A DNA stretch of 64,000 nt from Patescibacteria group bacterium (GCA_018971045.1 JAGWVF010000004.1:8535-72534), one strand, 5' to 3'. Shown: positions 26,573 to 36,799, counted from the stretch's first letter. The notes: generated by a model not told the origin, from the sequence alone. Program-made: numbers and translations.

Positions 26573-27900
26573 GCCCCGTCGTTACGCGCTTCGCTCCGTC
26601 GCCGACCGGACTTTTGCACGCGGGTAATTATCGCACCGCCGTATTCGCTTATCTTTTTGCGAAGCATAGCGACGGGAAATTCATCGTCCGTATCGAAGAC
26701 ACCGACGCGGCCCGCTCGAAGCCGGAATACGAAGCGAATATCCGCGAAGCGCTCGCCTGGCTCGGGCTTCCCGCTGACGAAACGTACCGCCAGAGCGAGC
26801 ATCGAGCGCGCCATCGCGAACTGCTCGAACAACTGATCGCCTCCGGCGCGGCCTATGTCTCGAAAGAGACGCCGCAAGCGCCGGGCGATAGGGAAGAGGT
26901 CGTCCGGTTCAGAAACCCGGGCGGCGCCCTTTCCTTCACTGACGTCATTCGCGGCAGGATCACGACCGACGTCGCCGACCTCGGCGACTTCATTATCGCG
27001 CGTTCGCTCGATGAGCCGGTCTTCCATTTTGCGGTCGTGGTCGATGACGCTGATGAACGCGTTTCGCATGTCATTCGCGGCGGCGATCATATTTCAAATA
27101 CGGCGCGGCAAATGCTCATCCAGCGGGCACTTGATTTCCCAGAACCTCTGTACGCGCATCTGCCGCTCATTATGGACCGCACGCACAAAAAGCTCTCGAA
27201 GCGCACCGGCGCGAAAGCGCTTACCGAATACCGCGATCTCGGCATTCTTCCGGAAGCGCTCCTGAATTATCTCGCATTTCTCGGATGGAATCCGGGCGAT
27301 CGCCGCGAATATATGACGCTTGAAGAGCTCGTTCGAGCGTTCGAACTCTCGCGCGTTCAAAAGGGAAGCGCCGTGTTCGACGAAGTGAAGCTGTTCTCGG
27401 TCAACCAGCATTGGATGCGCCAGCTCTCGATCGACGCTTACATCGAGCGCGGGAAATTCGACGAATACCCCCCGGACATGGTGCGGAAGATCGTTCCCCT
27501 GCTTCAGGAGCGAGCGCGCACCTTTAGCGAGGCGCGGGAGATGCTCTCCGGGGAGTTTTCCTGTTTTTTTCGAACTCCTTCTCCAGATAGGGCGAAGCTT
27601 CTCGCCAAAGAGCCGCCAGATCGTCCGGGATTGGCGAGAATCGCCCTTAAAACACTCCTTGCGGCCGTGGAAGCCCTTCCTGGAGAAGTTTCCGCCGAAA
27701 CGGTTAAACAGGCACTTATGCCATTCGCCGACGCGGAGGAGGCGAAAGGGAAGGGAGGCCGGGGCTCCGTCTTATGGCCTCTGCGCTACGCCCTTTCCGG
27801 CCAAGAACGTTCGCCCGATCCCTTCACGCTCATCGCTCTGTTGGGCGCCCGGGAGTCGAGCGCGCGGATACAGAACGCTATTGCTATACTGGGAGAATGA
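26569..27900 (+). CDS. gltX: Glutamate--tRNA ligase
   Basis: RFAPSPTG.LH.G, RIEDTD, HVIRG.DH, KLSKR. Confidence 0.95.
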   Translation: MSPVVTRFAPSPTGLLHAGNYRTAVFAYLFAKHSDGKFIVRIEDTDAARSKPEYEANIREALAWLGLPADETYRQSEHRARHRELLEQLIASGAAYVSKETPQAPGDREEVVRFRNPGGALSFTDVIRGRITTDVADLGDFIIARSLDEPVFHFAVVVDDADERVSHVIRGGDHISNTARQMLIQRALDFPEPLYAHLPLIMDRTHKKLSKRTGAKALTEYRDLGILPEALLNYLAFLGWNPGDRREYMTLEELVRAFELSRVQKGSAVFDEVKLFSVNQHWMRQLSIDAYIERGKFDEYPPDMVRKIVPLLQERARTFSEAREMLSGEFSCFFRTPSPDRAKLLAKEPPDRPGLARIALKTLLAAVEALPGEVSAETVKQALMPFADAEEAKGKGGRGSVLWPLRYALSGQERSPDPFTLIALLGARESSARIQNAIAILGE

Positions 27901-29135
27901 CTCGTCGCCGATTGTTCCTTGCGGGCGCGGTTTGCGCGCTCAATCTCTTCGTTGCGCCGTACCTGGCCGTAGCGGAAACGTCAACGTCGCTTCAGGCGCA
28001 GATCAACGCGAACAACGAACAGCTCGCGACGCTGCAGAATAAGATCGCCGAATACCAAAAACGGCTCGACGCGCTCGGCGTCGAAAAGAATACCCTGCAG
28101 TCCGCCATAAGCGCGCTCACGCTCACTCAGCAAAAGCTCACCACTCAGATCCAAGCGACTCAGAACAAGATATCGTCGGCGAATCTGCAGATTCAGAAAC
28201 TCTCGCAATCCATCAGCACGACTGAAGGGACGATCGGCGACAATCAGCAAGCGATCGCGAAGGCGCTCCGGAGCGTCGGCCAAGGCGATCAAGAATCGCT
28301 CGTGGCCCAGCTCATCTCGGCGAACTCTCTGGAGGAGGCGTGGCGCGTGGCAGACGAAGCGGCGCAATTCAATGCAGCTCTGGTCGCCAAGATCAGCGAT
28401 TTGAAAACGATGAAGGCGGCGCTTACCGTAAATCGCGATGACATCGCGAGCACGAAAGCGACTCTGGTATCGCTCCAACAAGATCTTAATTCGCAGAAGA
28501 GATCGGTGATCGGGAGTAAAGCGGCTGAACAAGATCTGCTGAAGCAAACGAAGAATCAAGAATCGAATTATCAAAAGCTGCTTAAGGCGGCGAAAGCCGA
28601 GCTCGCCGCCTTTTCAGCTTTTACCGCGAATGCCGGCGGCTCGAAACTGCTCGCGAATCAAACGAGTTGTGACGCGTGGGGATGCTACTACAGCCAGCGC
28701 GATACGCTCTGGGGCAATATGCCGCTCAACGGAACGCGCTTCCGCTTGGCGAGCGACGGCTGTCTCGTCACGTCGATGGCGATGATGCTGACTCATTACG
28801 GCTATCGCGACGTAACGCCGGTAACGATTAACGCTGATTCGTCCAATTTCGCATCCTATTATCCGGCCTATCTGCTTTTTACGATTCATGTCGACGGCAT
28901 CAGCGCTACGCGAAAGGCGGCGTATATCGACTCCACGCTTGCCGGAGGCGACCCGGTGGTCGTCGGCGTTCATGCTTACGGCGGCACGCACTACGTCGTC
29001 TTGACGAGCGGAAGCCATGGCGACTATCTGATGCGCGATCCCTACGTCGCGAACGGCAAGGACATCAGCTTCAACGCGCATTACGCCGTGGGGTCCATAT
29101 TCGGCGTCTCGAGAGTTGTTATCGAGAGGAATTGA
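27897..29135 (+). CDS. Secreted PcsB/CwlO-like coiled-coil protein with C-terminal C39-like cysteine peptidase
   Basis: Signal peptide, about 230-aa Q/K/L coiled coil, then YYSQ.D..W..GC.VTS.AM...HYVV..G....DP; ATGA overlap with gltX. Confidence 0.75.
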   Translation: MTRRRLFLAGAVCALNLFVAPYLAVAETSTSLQAQINANNEQLATLQNKIAEYQKRLDALGVEKNTLQSAISALTLTQQKLTTQIQATQNKISSANLQIQKLSQSISTTEGTIGDNQQAIAKALRSVGQGDQESLVAQLISANSLEEAWRVADEAAQFNAALVAKISDLKTMKAALTVNRDDIASTKATLVSLQQDLNSQKRSVIGSKAAEQDLLKQTKNQESNYQKLLKAAKAELAAFSAFTANAGGSKLLANQTSCDAWGCYYSQRDTLWGNMPLNGTRFRLASDGCLVTSMAMMLTHYGYRDVTPVTINADSSNFASYYPAYLLFTIHVDGISATRKAAYIDSTLAGGDPVVVGVHAYGGTHYVVLTSGSHGDYLMRDPYVANGKDISFNAHYAVGSIFGVSRVVIERN

Positions 29136-29146
29136 ATTATTATTAA

Positions 29147-29344
29147 ATGACAAACAGTGATATCCTTTACCCCATGGCGCGCACTCTCTTTTGGGCATTC
29201 GTTTTCATTCTCGCGCTCTCATTTTTCGGCATTTCACTTCGCGCTATTATCATGTCTCCCGCGGGGCAGGAGAATTTCGGCTACGTTTACCACGTTATGG
29301 CCCAGTTCTGGCAGTGGCTTACAGGCTGGATTCTAGGGAAGTAG
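29147..29344 (+). CDS. Small hypothetical membrane protein
   Basis: Hydrophobic 65-aa ORF (FVFILALSFFGISL) filling the intergenic gap. Confidence 0.65.
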   Translation: MTNSDILYPMARTLFWAFVFILALSFFGISLRAIIMSPAGQENFGYVYHVMAQFWQWLTGWILGK

Positions 29345-29390
29345 AAAATTACGCAAAAGATATATTGTGCGAACAATGTTTCCTTCTCCC

Positions 29391-30134
29391 CTAGCAGGTG
29401 ACGTGCGCGACGATATAGTCATACGCTTCATCGGCCGTATCGACAAGCGTAAAGAGCTCCATGTCCTCTTTATCTATCGCCTGATATTTCTCGTATGCGA
29501 CTGTTTTAAAAAAATTGAGGAGCGGCTGCCAAAAATCTTTTCCTATTAAAATGAGAGGGACCGTGCGGATTTTCTTCGTCTGTATCAGCGTCAAAATTTC
29601 GAAAAATTCATCAAGGGTTCCGAAACCTCCGGGGAAATAGACATACACCTCCGAAGCGTATGTCAGCATGACCTTACGGACGAAGAAATGATCGAAGCCG
29701 AATTTTTCGGTCAAGTACGGATTATATTCCTGCGCGTTCGGGAGATTGATATTGAGGCCGACCGAGACTCCGCCGGCCTCGAAAGCGCCTTTGTTGGCGG
29801 CTTGCATGATACCCGAGCTCCCGCCGGTAATGATCGCGAATCCCTTTTTCGACAACCGGCTCGCGAGATCGGTCGCCTGCTGATACGAAGATGAATCGGG
29901 TATCGCGCGCGAACTGCCGAAAAAGGAGACGGCGAGGCCGTAACGGCGAATGATGTCGAATCCCTCAACGAACTCGGACATGATCTTAAAAACTCGCCAC
30001 GATTCGATTTTTTTCGGCTTGCACACAAGGAGCGGCCGCTCGACCGGCATCGTCTGATGTCCCTCGTGGACGATGTTCGCCAATCGGTCCGCCGTACCAT
30101 GGAGCTCCGCTCCTTGCACCAACTCGTCGTTCAT
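29391..30134 (-). CDS. LOG family (TIGR00730-type) nucleotide phosphoribohydrolase
   Basis: FGS.R, TGG..GIM.AANKGA, FF.RK, PGGFGTLDE. Confidence 0.9.
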   Translation of the reverse strand: MNDELVQGAELHGTADRLANIVHEGHQTMPVERPLLVCKPKKIESWRVFKIMSEFVEGFDIIRRYGLAVSFFGSSRAIPDSSSYQQATDLASRLSKKGFAIITGGSSGIMQAANKGAFEAGGVSVGLNINLPNAQEYNPYLTEKFGFDHFFVRKVMLTYASEVYVYFPGGFGTLDEFFEILTLIQTKKIRTVPLILIGKDFWQPLLNFFKTVAYEKYQAIDKEDMELFTLVDTADEAYDYIVAHVTC

Positions 30135-30153
30135 ACGTTCTTATTCTAACAGA

Positions 30154-30504
30154 CTAGAGGCCGGCGCAATTCCCTGCCGGCGAATAACCAGCCGCGCGAG
30201 CGGCTGCAGCTGAAGAAAAATACACTTTATTCGCGGCGGATATGCGGCTCGCTCCCGAGCAGGAAGTCAGATAATATTTCGCGCCGAATTTTGACGCGAC
30301 AATAGCGGTATTCGTCGCCTCCGGAGGTGCCGAAACCGCAATCGCGTTCTCGTCCCCGCTTCCCTTTCCGGCGTCCTCGCCGGCGAGATACCCCAGGCAG
30401 AAGCTCGCCGTGGAAGCGAAGACTAGGACGCCGATAATCAGAACGTCGCGAGGGAATTGAGCAAAAGCGCTTTTGCATTTTTCGCGCACTTCTGCTATAG
30501 TCAT
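30154..30504 (-). CDS. Membrane-anchored protein with Ada metal-binding-like C-terminus
   Basis: TM helix then ASK.G.KYY...C.G..RI...N...F.S...A..AGY.P..NC. Confidence 0.7.
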   Translation of the reverse strand: MTIAEVREKCKSAFAQFPRDVLIIGVLVFASTASFCLGYLAGEDAGKGSGDENAIAVSAPPEATNTAIVASKFGAKYYLTSCSGASRISAANKVYFSSAAAARAAGYSPAGNCAGL

Positions 30505-30524
30505 AGCTGTAATACTATACCACC

Positions 30525-30797
30525 ATGGCATCAACCAAAGCTGGCGGATCAGCCAAAAATCTTACCGATTCGAACCCGAAATACCTGGGAGTTAAGCTTG
30601 CCGACGGCGCCGCGGCTCGTCCCGGAATGGTCATCGTCCGCCAACGCGGCACCAAGATCGAGGCCGGTAAAAATGTGCGGATCGGCAAAGATCATACTCT
30701 CTTCTCGACGGCAATCGGCAAGGTGGCTTTCCGTACTCGCCGCAAGACCAACTACGCAGGACAAATGCGCGTCAAAAAGGTCGTCGATGTCCTCTAG
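30525..30797 (+). CDS. rpmA: 50S ribosomal protein L27
   Basis: KAGGS.KN..DS.PKYLGVK, IVRQRGT, G.DHTLF. Confidence 0.96.
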   Translation: MASTKAGGSAKNLTDSNPKYLGVKLADGAAARPGMVIVRQRGTKIEAGKNVRIGKDHTLFSTAIGKVAFRTRRKTNYAGQMRVKKVVDVL

Positions 30798-31332
30798 AAA
30801 AGCTTCAGCCGTTCTCGAACTCCTTCCGTCGTATCGGGCCGCCATTCACAACAGCGTAGGCACAGCGCTTTTTCGGAACCTCTATTTCCGAATCGGGAGA
30901 ACGATCGTTGACGTTCTCGATGACGGAGATCTTTCATGCGCAGTCTTCGTCTCGTCAATACTCTACCTATTCGGACTCATTCCAGAACGCCATACCACCG
31001 TCAAAAGCACCGTTGAAGATATGAAAAAGGCCGGCTGGTACGTTACGAAGCGTCCCCGGTCGGGCGCCGTTATCGAATGGGGCTACCGGCAGTTGCCGAA
31101 TGGCGGGCAAGGCAAGCATCGGCATCTCGGTTTTTACGTCGACGCCTCAAGCGCCGTCAGCAATGATTCAATCAAGCGGACAATTTCTAAACACCACCTC
31201 ACGTTCGGCACGAAGCCGAACGGAACACCCAGACGAGAAATTATCGCCTATTATTGGAATGATAAATTAAATAAACGCCGCTTGAATCACTCGGCCTCAA
31301 CGGTAATCGAAAAGCTTCCGAAAGCTTCGTGA
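30787..31332 (+). CDS. Hypothetical protein, NlpC/P60-like Cys-His amidase candidate
   Basis: GDLSCAVFVS, PRSGAVIEW, HLGFY, AVSN; start overlaps the rpmA end. Confidence 0.6.
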   Translation: MSSRKASAVLELLPSYRAAIHNSVGTALFRNLYFRIGRTIVDVLDDGDLSCAVFVSSILYLFGLIPERHTTVKSTVEDMKKAGWYVTKRPRSGAVIEWGYRQLPNGGQGKHRHLGFYVDASSAVSNDSIKRTISKHHLTFGTKPNGTPRREIIAYYWNDKLNKRRLNHSASTVIEKLPKAS

Positions 31333-31730
31333 TGAGAGATCGGGATAGTAAACGTGCCGAGTTCTTTAATCGGCTTTTCGAGTTTGATGGCATCTTCCGG
31401 AAGATCGATATGCGCCTGCGCGCGAGCCGCTTCCATGATGTCGGCGGCGTCAATCGCGTCATAGAGATGCCCCTTTTCATTCACTTTCGCCGCGATAGTG
31501 ATTTTTGCTTCCGCGAGAGACGCGATATTTTGGGCGACGAGCGCGGTATCGAGCGCCGCGCGCTCGGCAGACTTCCGGCGGTGTGATTCGGCTTCCTTGA
31601 GCGCGAGCGGCGTCGCGGAGACGGCAAGTTTTTTGGGAATAAGAAAATGAAGCGCGTAACCGTCCGCCACGTCCGCTACTTCATAAGCGTGCCCCACGCC
31701 CTTCACCTCCTTAATCAATATGACTTTCAT
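31287..31730 (-). CDS. rplI: 50S ribosomal protein L9
   Basis: MKVIL...V.G.G....V.DGYA..FLIP..LA, PIK.LG. Confidence 0.95.
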   Translation of the reverse strand: MKVILIKEVKGVGHAYEVADVADGYALHFLIPKKLAVSATPLALKEAESHRRKSAERAALDTALVAQNIASLAEAKITIAAKVNEKGHLYDAIDAADIMEAARAQAHIDLPEDAIKLEKPIKELGTFTIPISHHEAFGSFSITVEAE

Positions 31731-31746
31731 ATCAGCCCACCTTACC

Positions 31747-33003
31747 CTATCGCGTTCCGGTCGTCAAAAATTGAACGGCCCGATCCTTTTGCGGATCCGT
31801 TTTCGCCGTAGCGTCGGCGGCCGTATAGGGAACGATGATGTCCGGCGTGATGCCGTTACCCATGATCCAGTGTCCGGCCGGCGTGATCCAGCGCGCGACC
31901 GTTATCTTGAGCGAACCTCCGTCAAGATTAAAGAGCGTTTGAACCGACCCCTTGCCGAATGACTTCATGCCGATAAGCGTCGCGGCGTGCGCGTCCTGGA
32001 GCGCGCCGGCAAGAATCTCAGACGCCGAGGCCGAACCGCCGTCGATGAGCACCGCGATCTGCGTGCCGGGCGGCGCGTCCATGTAACCGAGGCTTGCGTG
32101 AACGACATTGTTCTGTTTTCCGCCGTAATCCTCGGTGACGACGGTCGCTCCTTTCGGTAAGAAGTGGCTGGCGATGTCGACGGCCGCGTCAAGATAGCCG
32201 CCCGGGTTCGAGCGGAGATCGATGATCAGTTTTCTGGATCCGGACGACTTGAACCGCTCAAACGCCTGATCAAAGAGCGAGGCCGAGTTCGCGGTAAACT
32301 CATAGAGCGCGATGCGGTAGACGCCGCTCTTCGCGTCAAGCCCGTCATCAGTTTCGGGTACCTGAATCGTATCGCGCACGATCTTTATGGCGATCGGTTT
32401 CCCGCCGCGCACCACGGTAAGCTCGACCGGCGTCCCGATGGCGCCGCGGATTTGGTTCACGGCGGCTTCAGTGGACATGCCTTCAGTCGATTTTCCGTCG
32501 ATGGCCGCAATCTGATCGCCCGCCTTGACGCCGGCGGCTTCGGCGGGAGACCCTTTGAGGGGCGAAATGACGGTCAATATATTGTTCTTTACGTCAAGCT
32601 CCATCCCCACGCCGCCGAAACTGCCGGCGATCGTATCGGCGAATTTCTTCGCTTCTGCGGGCGGGAAGAAGACGGTATAGGGATCGCCGTAGGAATTCGC
32701 CAAGCCGCTGATGGCGCCGTAAATCCGTTCTTTTGCGGTCGGCATTGTCCCTGAGGCATGGGTTATGATGTAATTTTGATTCAGCACGTTCCACGCCTTC
32801 CAGAACGGCGAGAGATCGGCGCTCTGGTCCGGCGTAGCATCAAGCTGATCGCCGATAAGCGGCAGGTGCGAGATTGCCGCGGCGCCGTTTCCGCTCCCGT
32901 CAACGGCGATTCCCGCGCCGAATGAAAGCGCGGCCACAAGTGCGTATGAAATGCCGCGCGCTGTAACCGTGTGCAATCGCTTCTTCATGCGCTGAAAATC
33001 CAT
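31747..33003 (-). CDS. ctpA: C-terminal processing protease (S41, PDZ)
   Basis: GDPYT, PDZ GVG, DLR.NPGG.L, SASASEI.AGAL, FGKGSVQ; start moved to MDFQR. Confidence 0.92.
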   Translation of the reverse strand: MDFQRMKKRLHTVTARGISYALVAALSFGAGIAVDGSGNGAAAISHLPLIGDQLDATPDQSADLSPFWKAWNVLNQNYIITHASGTMPTAKERIYGAISGLANSYGDPYTVFFPPAEAKKFADTIAGSFGGVGMELDVKNNILTVISPLKGSPAEAAGVKAGDQIAAIDGKSTEGMSTEAAVNQIRGAIGTPVELTVVRGGKPIAIKIVRDTIQVPETDDGLDAKSGVYRIALYEFTANSASLFDQAFERFKSSGSRKLIIDLRSNPGGYLDAAVDIASHFLPKGATVVTEDYGGKQNNVVHASLGYMDAPPGTQIAVLIDGGSASASEILAGALQDAHAATLIGMKSFGKGSVQTLFNLDGGSLKITVARWITPAGHWIMGNGITPDIIVPYTAADATAKTDPQKDRAVQFLTTGTR

Positions 33004-33037
33004 CTGGCAAAGTGTAGCATATGGTATGCTGTTTGCT

Positions 33038-33958
33038 ATGATATTTCGACACGAGTACCGGGGCGGCGTCTGGGTCGATATCGAACGACCTTCTGATAAC
33101 GAGATTCGGCAGATCGCGCGGGAATTCTCGATCGGCGAACGTTTCGAACGGGAACTCTTCTCGTCGACGCCGCTCCCGCTCGTAACCGGAGACGAGACCA
33201 TGGCGCTCATGGTACTCCACTTCCCCACCACCGGATCCGAGGAAGGCGAAACGAAGAGTCAGGAGGTGGATTTCGTCGTCGGGAAGCATTTTATCGTTAC
33301 GGTGCGGTATGAAATCGTAACGCCGTTGCATCATCTCAAGAAATTACTCGAAACGCAGGAATTGGTCGAAGGCAAGGCGCAGATCACGACTGATGTGCTG
33401 CTCGAGGTACTCTTCGCACACCTCTACACCGCGATGCGCGATCATACGAATATCATCGCAGAAAATTTGGCGCGCGTCGAAAAGAAGATGTTCTCCGGGA
33501 AAGAGCGGATGACCGTGCGCGCTATCTCGAACATCAGTCGCTCTTTCCTGCATATCGAATCGGCGCTCGCGAATCAAGAAGAATCCATCGGACATTTTCT
33601 TGAGATCTTATTGCAGCGAAACTTTTTCGGTCCGACCTTCGCCGATCGTTCGGGGCGCATTCTCGCCGAGACGACCCATATTTCTCGCATCGTGAAGACG
33701 CATCGCGCCGCCGCGACCGAACTGCGCGAGACCAACATCGCTCTTCTTGAAGCGCGCCAGAATGAGATCATGAAAACGCTTACGACGATGACCGTGATCG
33801 TTCTGCCGCTCGAACTCATCGCTTTCATCTTCGGCATGCATCTTCCCGGCACGCCGCTGTATAACGATCCGAACGCTTTCGGGCTCATCATGATTTACAT
33901 GCTTATCAGCGTGGTGATCACGACGCTCTACTTCGCGTGGAAACGCTGGATTTTCTAG
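33038..33958 (+). CDS. corA: CorA family divalent cation transporter
   Basis: NEIMKTLT, two C-terminal TMs, signature GMH in place of GMN. Confidence 0.85.
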   Translation: MIFRHEYRGGVWVDIERPSDNEIRQIAREFSIGERFERELFSSTPLPLVTGDETMALMVLHFPTTGSEEGETKSQEVDFVVGKHFIVTVRYEIVTPLHHLKKLLETQELVEGKAQITTDVLLEVLFAHLYTAMRDHTNIIAENLARVEKKMFSGKERMTVRAISNISRSFLHIESALANQEESIGHFLEILLQRNFFGPTFADRSGRILAETTHISRIVKTHRAAATELRETNIALLEARQNEIMKTLTTMTVIVLPLELIAFIFGMHLPGTPLYNDPNAFGLIMIYMLISVVITTLYFAWKRWIF

Positions 33959-33961
33959 AAT

Positions 33962-35425
33962 ATGTCGTGGTTCGCTCAAATATTCGGCAAGCAGAAAAAG
34001 TCGCCGCAACAGATACCCCCGCTCTTTCTCACGAATACCCTTTCCGGAAAGAAGGAATTATTCGTCTCTCAAAAGCCGGGTATCGCGCTCTTGTATACGT
34101 GCGGGCCGACCATGTATGGCCCGGTTCATATCGGCAACCTGCGATCGTACGTCTTTTCCGACACCCTCGCGCGCACTCTCTCCGCCGCCGGTTATCGAGT
34201 GCGGCGGGTGATCAATATCACCGATTTCGGCCATCTCATTTCGGACGGCGACGACGGCGAAGACAAGATGACCAAAGGGCTTCGGCGCGAGCACATGGAG
34301 ATCACGATGGACAACATGCGCGCTCTGGCAGAAAAATACACGACCGGCTTTATTGATGATCTTGCGGCTCTCAACATTGATACCGGGGAAATCGCGTTTC
34401 CGCGCGCGAGCGATTATATTCACGAACAGATCGCCTTTATCGCAACGCTCGAACAGAAGGGATACGCCTATCGCACGAAGAATGGCGTGTATTACGATAC
34501 ATCGCGCTTCTCCGGATACGGACAACTCGGAGGCGTGAATACGAGCACGCAGATAACCGGCACGCGCGCGATTCAAAACATCGAAAAACGCCATCCGATC
34601 GACTTCGTTCTTTGGAAGCCCGACGCGAAGCTCGGATGGCAGAGCCCGTGGGGGCTCGGATTTCCCGGATGGCACATTGAGTGTTCGGCCATGTCGCGCT
34701 CGCTTCTCGGTCAGGAAATCGACATCCATACCGGCGGAGAAGATCTTGCGCCGGTGCATCACAACAATGAAATCGCCCAATCGGAAGCGGCGAGCGGCCG
34801 TACGTTCGTCCATTACTGGATGCATAACGCTTTTCTTACGATGAACGGCGAAAAAGCATCGAAGTCGGTCGGAAACGTCATGTCCCTCGCCGACATAACC
34901 ACGAGCGGATATCATCCCCTCGCCCTGCGGTACTTCTTTCTTCAGGCTCATTACCGTACTCCGCTCTCCTTTTCACAAGAGGCGCTCGCGGGCGCGGCGA
35001 GCGCTCTCGATCGCTTATGGCGGCTTTCGCGGGAAATCGCCCAGGAATCGAAGCGCGCGAGCGCGCCTTCTGAAGCGCGAGCGCGCTTCCTCGCCGCTAT
35101 GCGCGACGATCTCGCTTCGCCGCAGGCAATCGGCGTTCTCTGGGAATCGCTGAAAAGCGAAGAATATTCTCCGAAAGAGAAATGGGGCCTTTTTGAGGAC
35201 GCCGACGCGCATCTCGGACTCTCGCTCCTGCATCCGCCGAAAAAGGCGCTTCTCACCGATGGCGACATTCCTGCGGCCATACGAGAGCTTCTGGAGCGGC
35301 GCGAGACGGCGCGCGAGGCAGGAGATTTTGCCGAGGCTGATCGCATTCGCGAAGCTATCGCCAAAGGGGGATATCGTGTGGATGACCGGGCGGACGGGCC
35401 GGTGTTGACTCCGACGACTCTTTGA
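33962..35425 (+). CDS. cysS: Cysteine--tRNA ligase
   Basis: YTCGPT.Y...HIGN, PGWHIECSAM, DIHTGG.D, HH.NEIAQ, KASKS. Confidence 0.97.
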   Translation: MSWFAQIFGKQKKSPQQIPPLFLTNTLSGKKELFVSQKPGIALLYTCGPTMYGPVHIGNLRSYVFSDTLARTLSAAGYRVRRVINITDFGHLISDGDDGEDKMTKGLRREHMEITMDNMRALAEKYTTGFIDDLAALNIDTGEIAFPRASDYIHEQIAFIATLEQKGYAYRTKNGVYYDTSRFSGYGQLGGVNTSTQITGTRAIQNIEKRHPIDFVLWKPDAKLGWQSPWGLGFPGWHIECSAMSRSLLGQEIDIHTGGEDLAPVHHNNEIAQSEAASGRTFVHYWMHNAFLTMNGEKASKSVGNVMSLADITTSGYHPLALRYFFLQAHYRTPLSFSQEALAGAASALDRLWRLSREIAQESKRASAPSEARARFLAAMRDDLASPQAIGVLWESLKSEEYSPKEKWGLFEDADAHLGLSLLHPPKKALLTDGDIPAAIRELLERRETAREAGDFAEADRIREAIAKGGYRVDDRADGPVLTPTTL

Positions 35426-35437
35426 TACACTGGAGGA

Positions 35438-36799
35438 ATGTCCGCCGACCAGAGCAGGGTTCCTCCGCAATCGCTTGAATCAGAGCGCGCGTTGCTCGGC
35501 GCGCTCCTCTTGAAGCCGGACGTGATCCATGACGTTTCGGATCTCATTAGCGCGGATTCTTTTTATGCGGAAAAGCATCGTCTCATCTTTGGCGCCATGC
35601 GCGAACTCGCCGAGCGCGGCGACCCAATCGATCAGCTCTCGCTCACCCAGCGCCTCCAGGATCAAGGGCTTCTCGAGCGTGCCGGCGGCCGCACCTATCT
35701 GGCCGAGCTCGCGGGGTCTGCGCCTGCGCCGGGTAATTATTCCCACTATGCCGAGCTCGTTTCGCGCAAGTCCCTGATGCGCTCGCTCATCGAAGCGGCA
35801 TACGGCATTACCGAATCGGCCTTTGATGAGGCGCGCGAAACGATGGAGGTGCTCGACGAAGCCGAGAAAGCAATCTACGCTATCGGCAACGCGTCAGTCG
35901 CGCATAAGTTCACCGCGATCGGAGACAAGATTCACGAGGCGTGGGAGCGCATTGAAGCGCTTTCTCATAAGGAAGACGGCATTCGCGGCGTGCCTTCCGG
36001 CTTCCCTACGCTCGATACGCTCCTCTCCGGCTTCCATCCTTCGGATCTCGTGATTCTTGCGGCGCGCCCGTCGATGGGCAAGACGTCGCTCGCGCTTGAT
36101 ATCGCGCGCAATGCCGCCGTTCGCCACAATGTGCCCGTCGGCATCTTCTCGCTTGAAATGAGCTCGGAGCAGCTCATCGACCGCATGCTCGCCGCTGAGT
36201 CCTTCGTGAATTCGTGGAAATTGCGCACCGGCCAGGTCAAGGATGAGGAAGATTTTAACCGCATCCGCGACGCTCTCGAGGTGCTCTCGAAAGCGCCGAT
36301 TTATATTGACGACAAGCCGGGGAACAATATTCTCGCGATGCGCGCCGTTGCCCGGCGCTTGAAGCGCGAGCGCGGCATCGGGCTTATCGTCGTGGACTAT
36401 CTCCAGCTCATGGCGCCCACCACGACCAAAGCTTCGGACTCGATGGTACAGCAGGTCACCGAGATCTCGCGTTCCCTGAAGTCGCTCGCGCGCGAGCTCG
36501 AAGTGCCCGTTATCGCGCTTTCGCAGCTCTCGCGCGCGGTCGAACAGCGCGGCGGCAAGCCCCGCCTCTCCGATCTGCGCGATTCAGGCTCTATCGAACA
36601 GGACGCGGACGTGGTGATGTTCATTCACCGCGAAGACAAGACGAACAAGGAGAGCGATCGGCCGAATGTCGCCGAGATCTTAATTGAGAAGCACCGAAAC
36701 GGACCGACCGGCAGAGCGGAGCTTTATTTCGACGAGAAGCGCGCGACCTTCCAGCCGCTCGACACTTCCGGCTACGGCGATCTCGCTGAAGAATTCTAG
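35438..36799 (+). CDS. dnaB: Replicative DNA helicase
   Basis: AARPSMGKT, SLEMS, VDYLQL, LSQLSR, DLRDSGSIEQDAD. Confidence 0.98.
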   Translation: MSADQSRVPPQSLESERALLGALLLKPDVIHDVSDLISADSFYAEKHRLIFGAMRELAERGDPIDQLSLTQRLQDQGLLERAGGRTYLAELAGSAPAPGNYSHYAELVSRKSLMRSLIEAAYGITESAFDEARETMEVLDEAEKAIYAIGNASVAHKFTAIGDKIHEAWERIEALSHKEDGIRGVPSGFPTLDTLLSGFHPSDLVILAARPSMGKTSLALDIARNAAVRHNVPVGIFSLEMSSEQLIDRMLAAESFVNSWKLRTGQVKDEEDFNRIRDALEVLSKAPIYIDDKPGNNILAMRAVARRLKRERGIGLIVVDYLQLMAPTTTKASDSMVQQVTEISRSLKSLARELEVPVIALSQLSRAVEQRGGKPRLSDLRDSGSIEQDADVVMFIHREDKTNKESDRPNVAEILIEKHRNGPTGRAELYFDEKRATFQPLDTSGYGDLAEEF

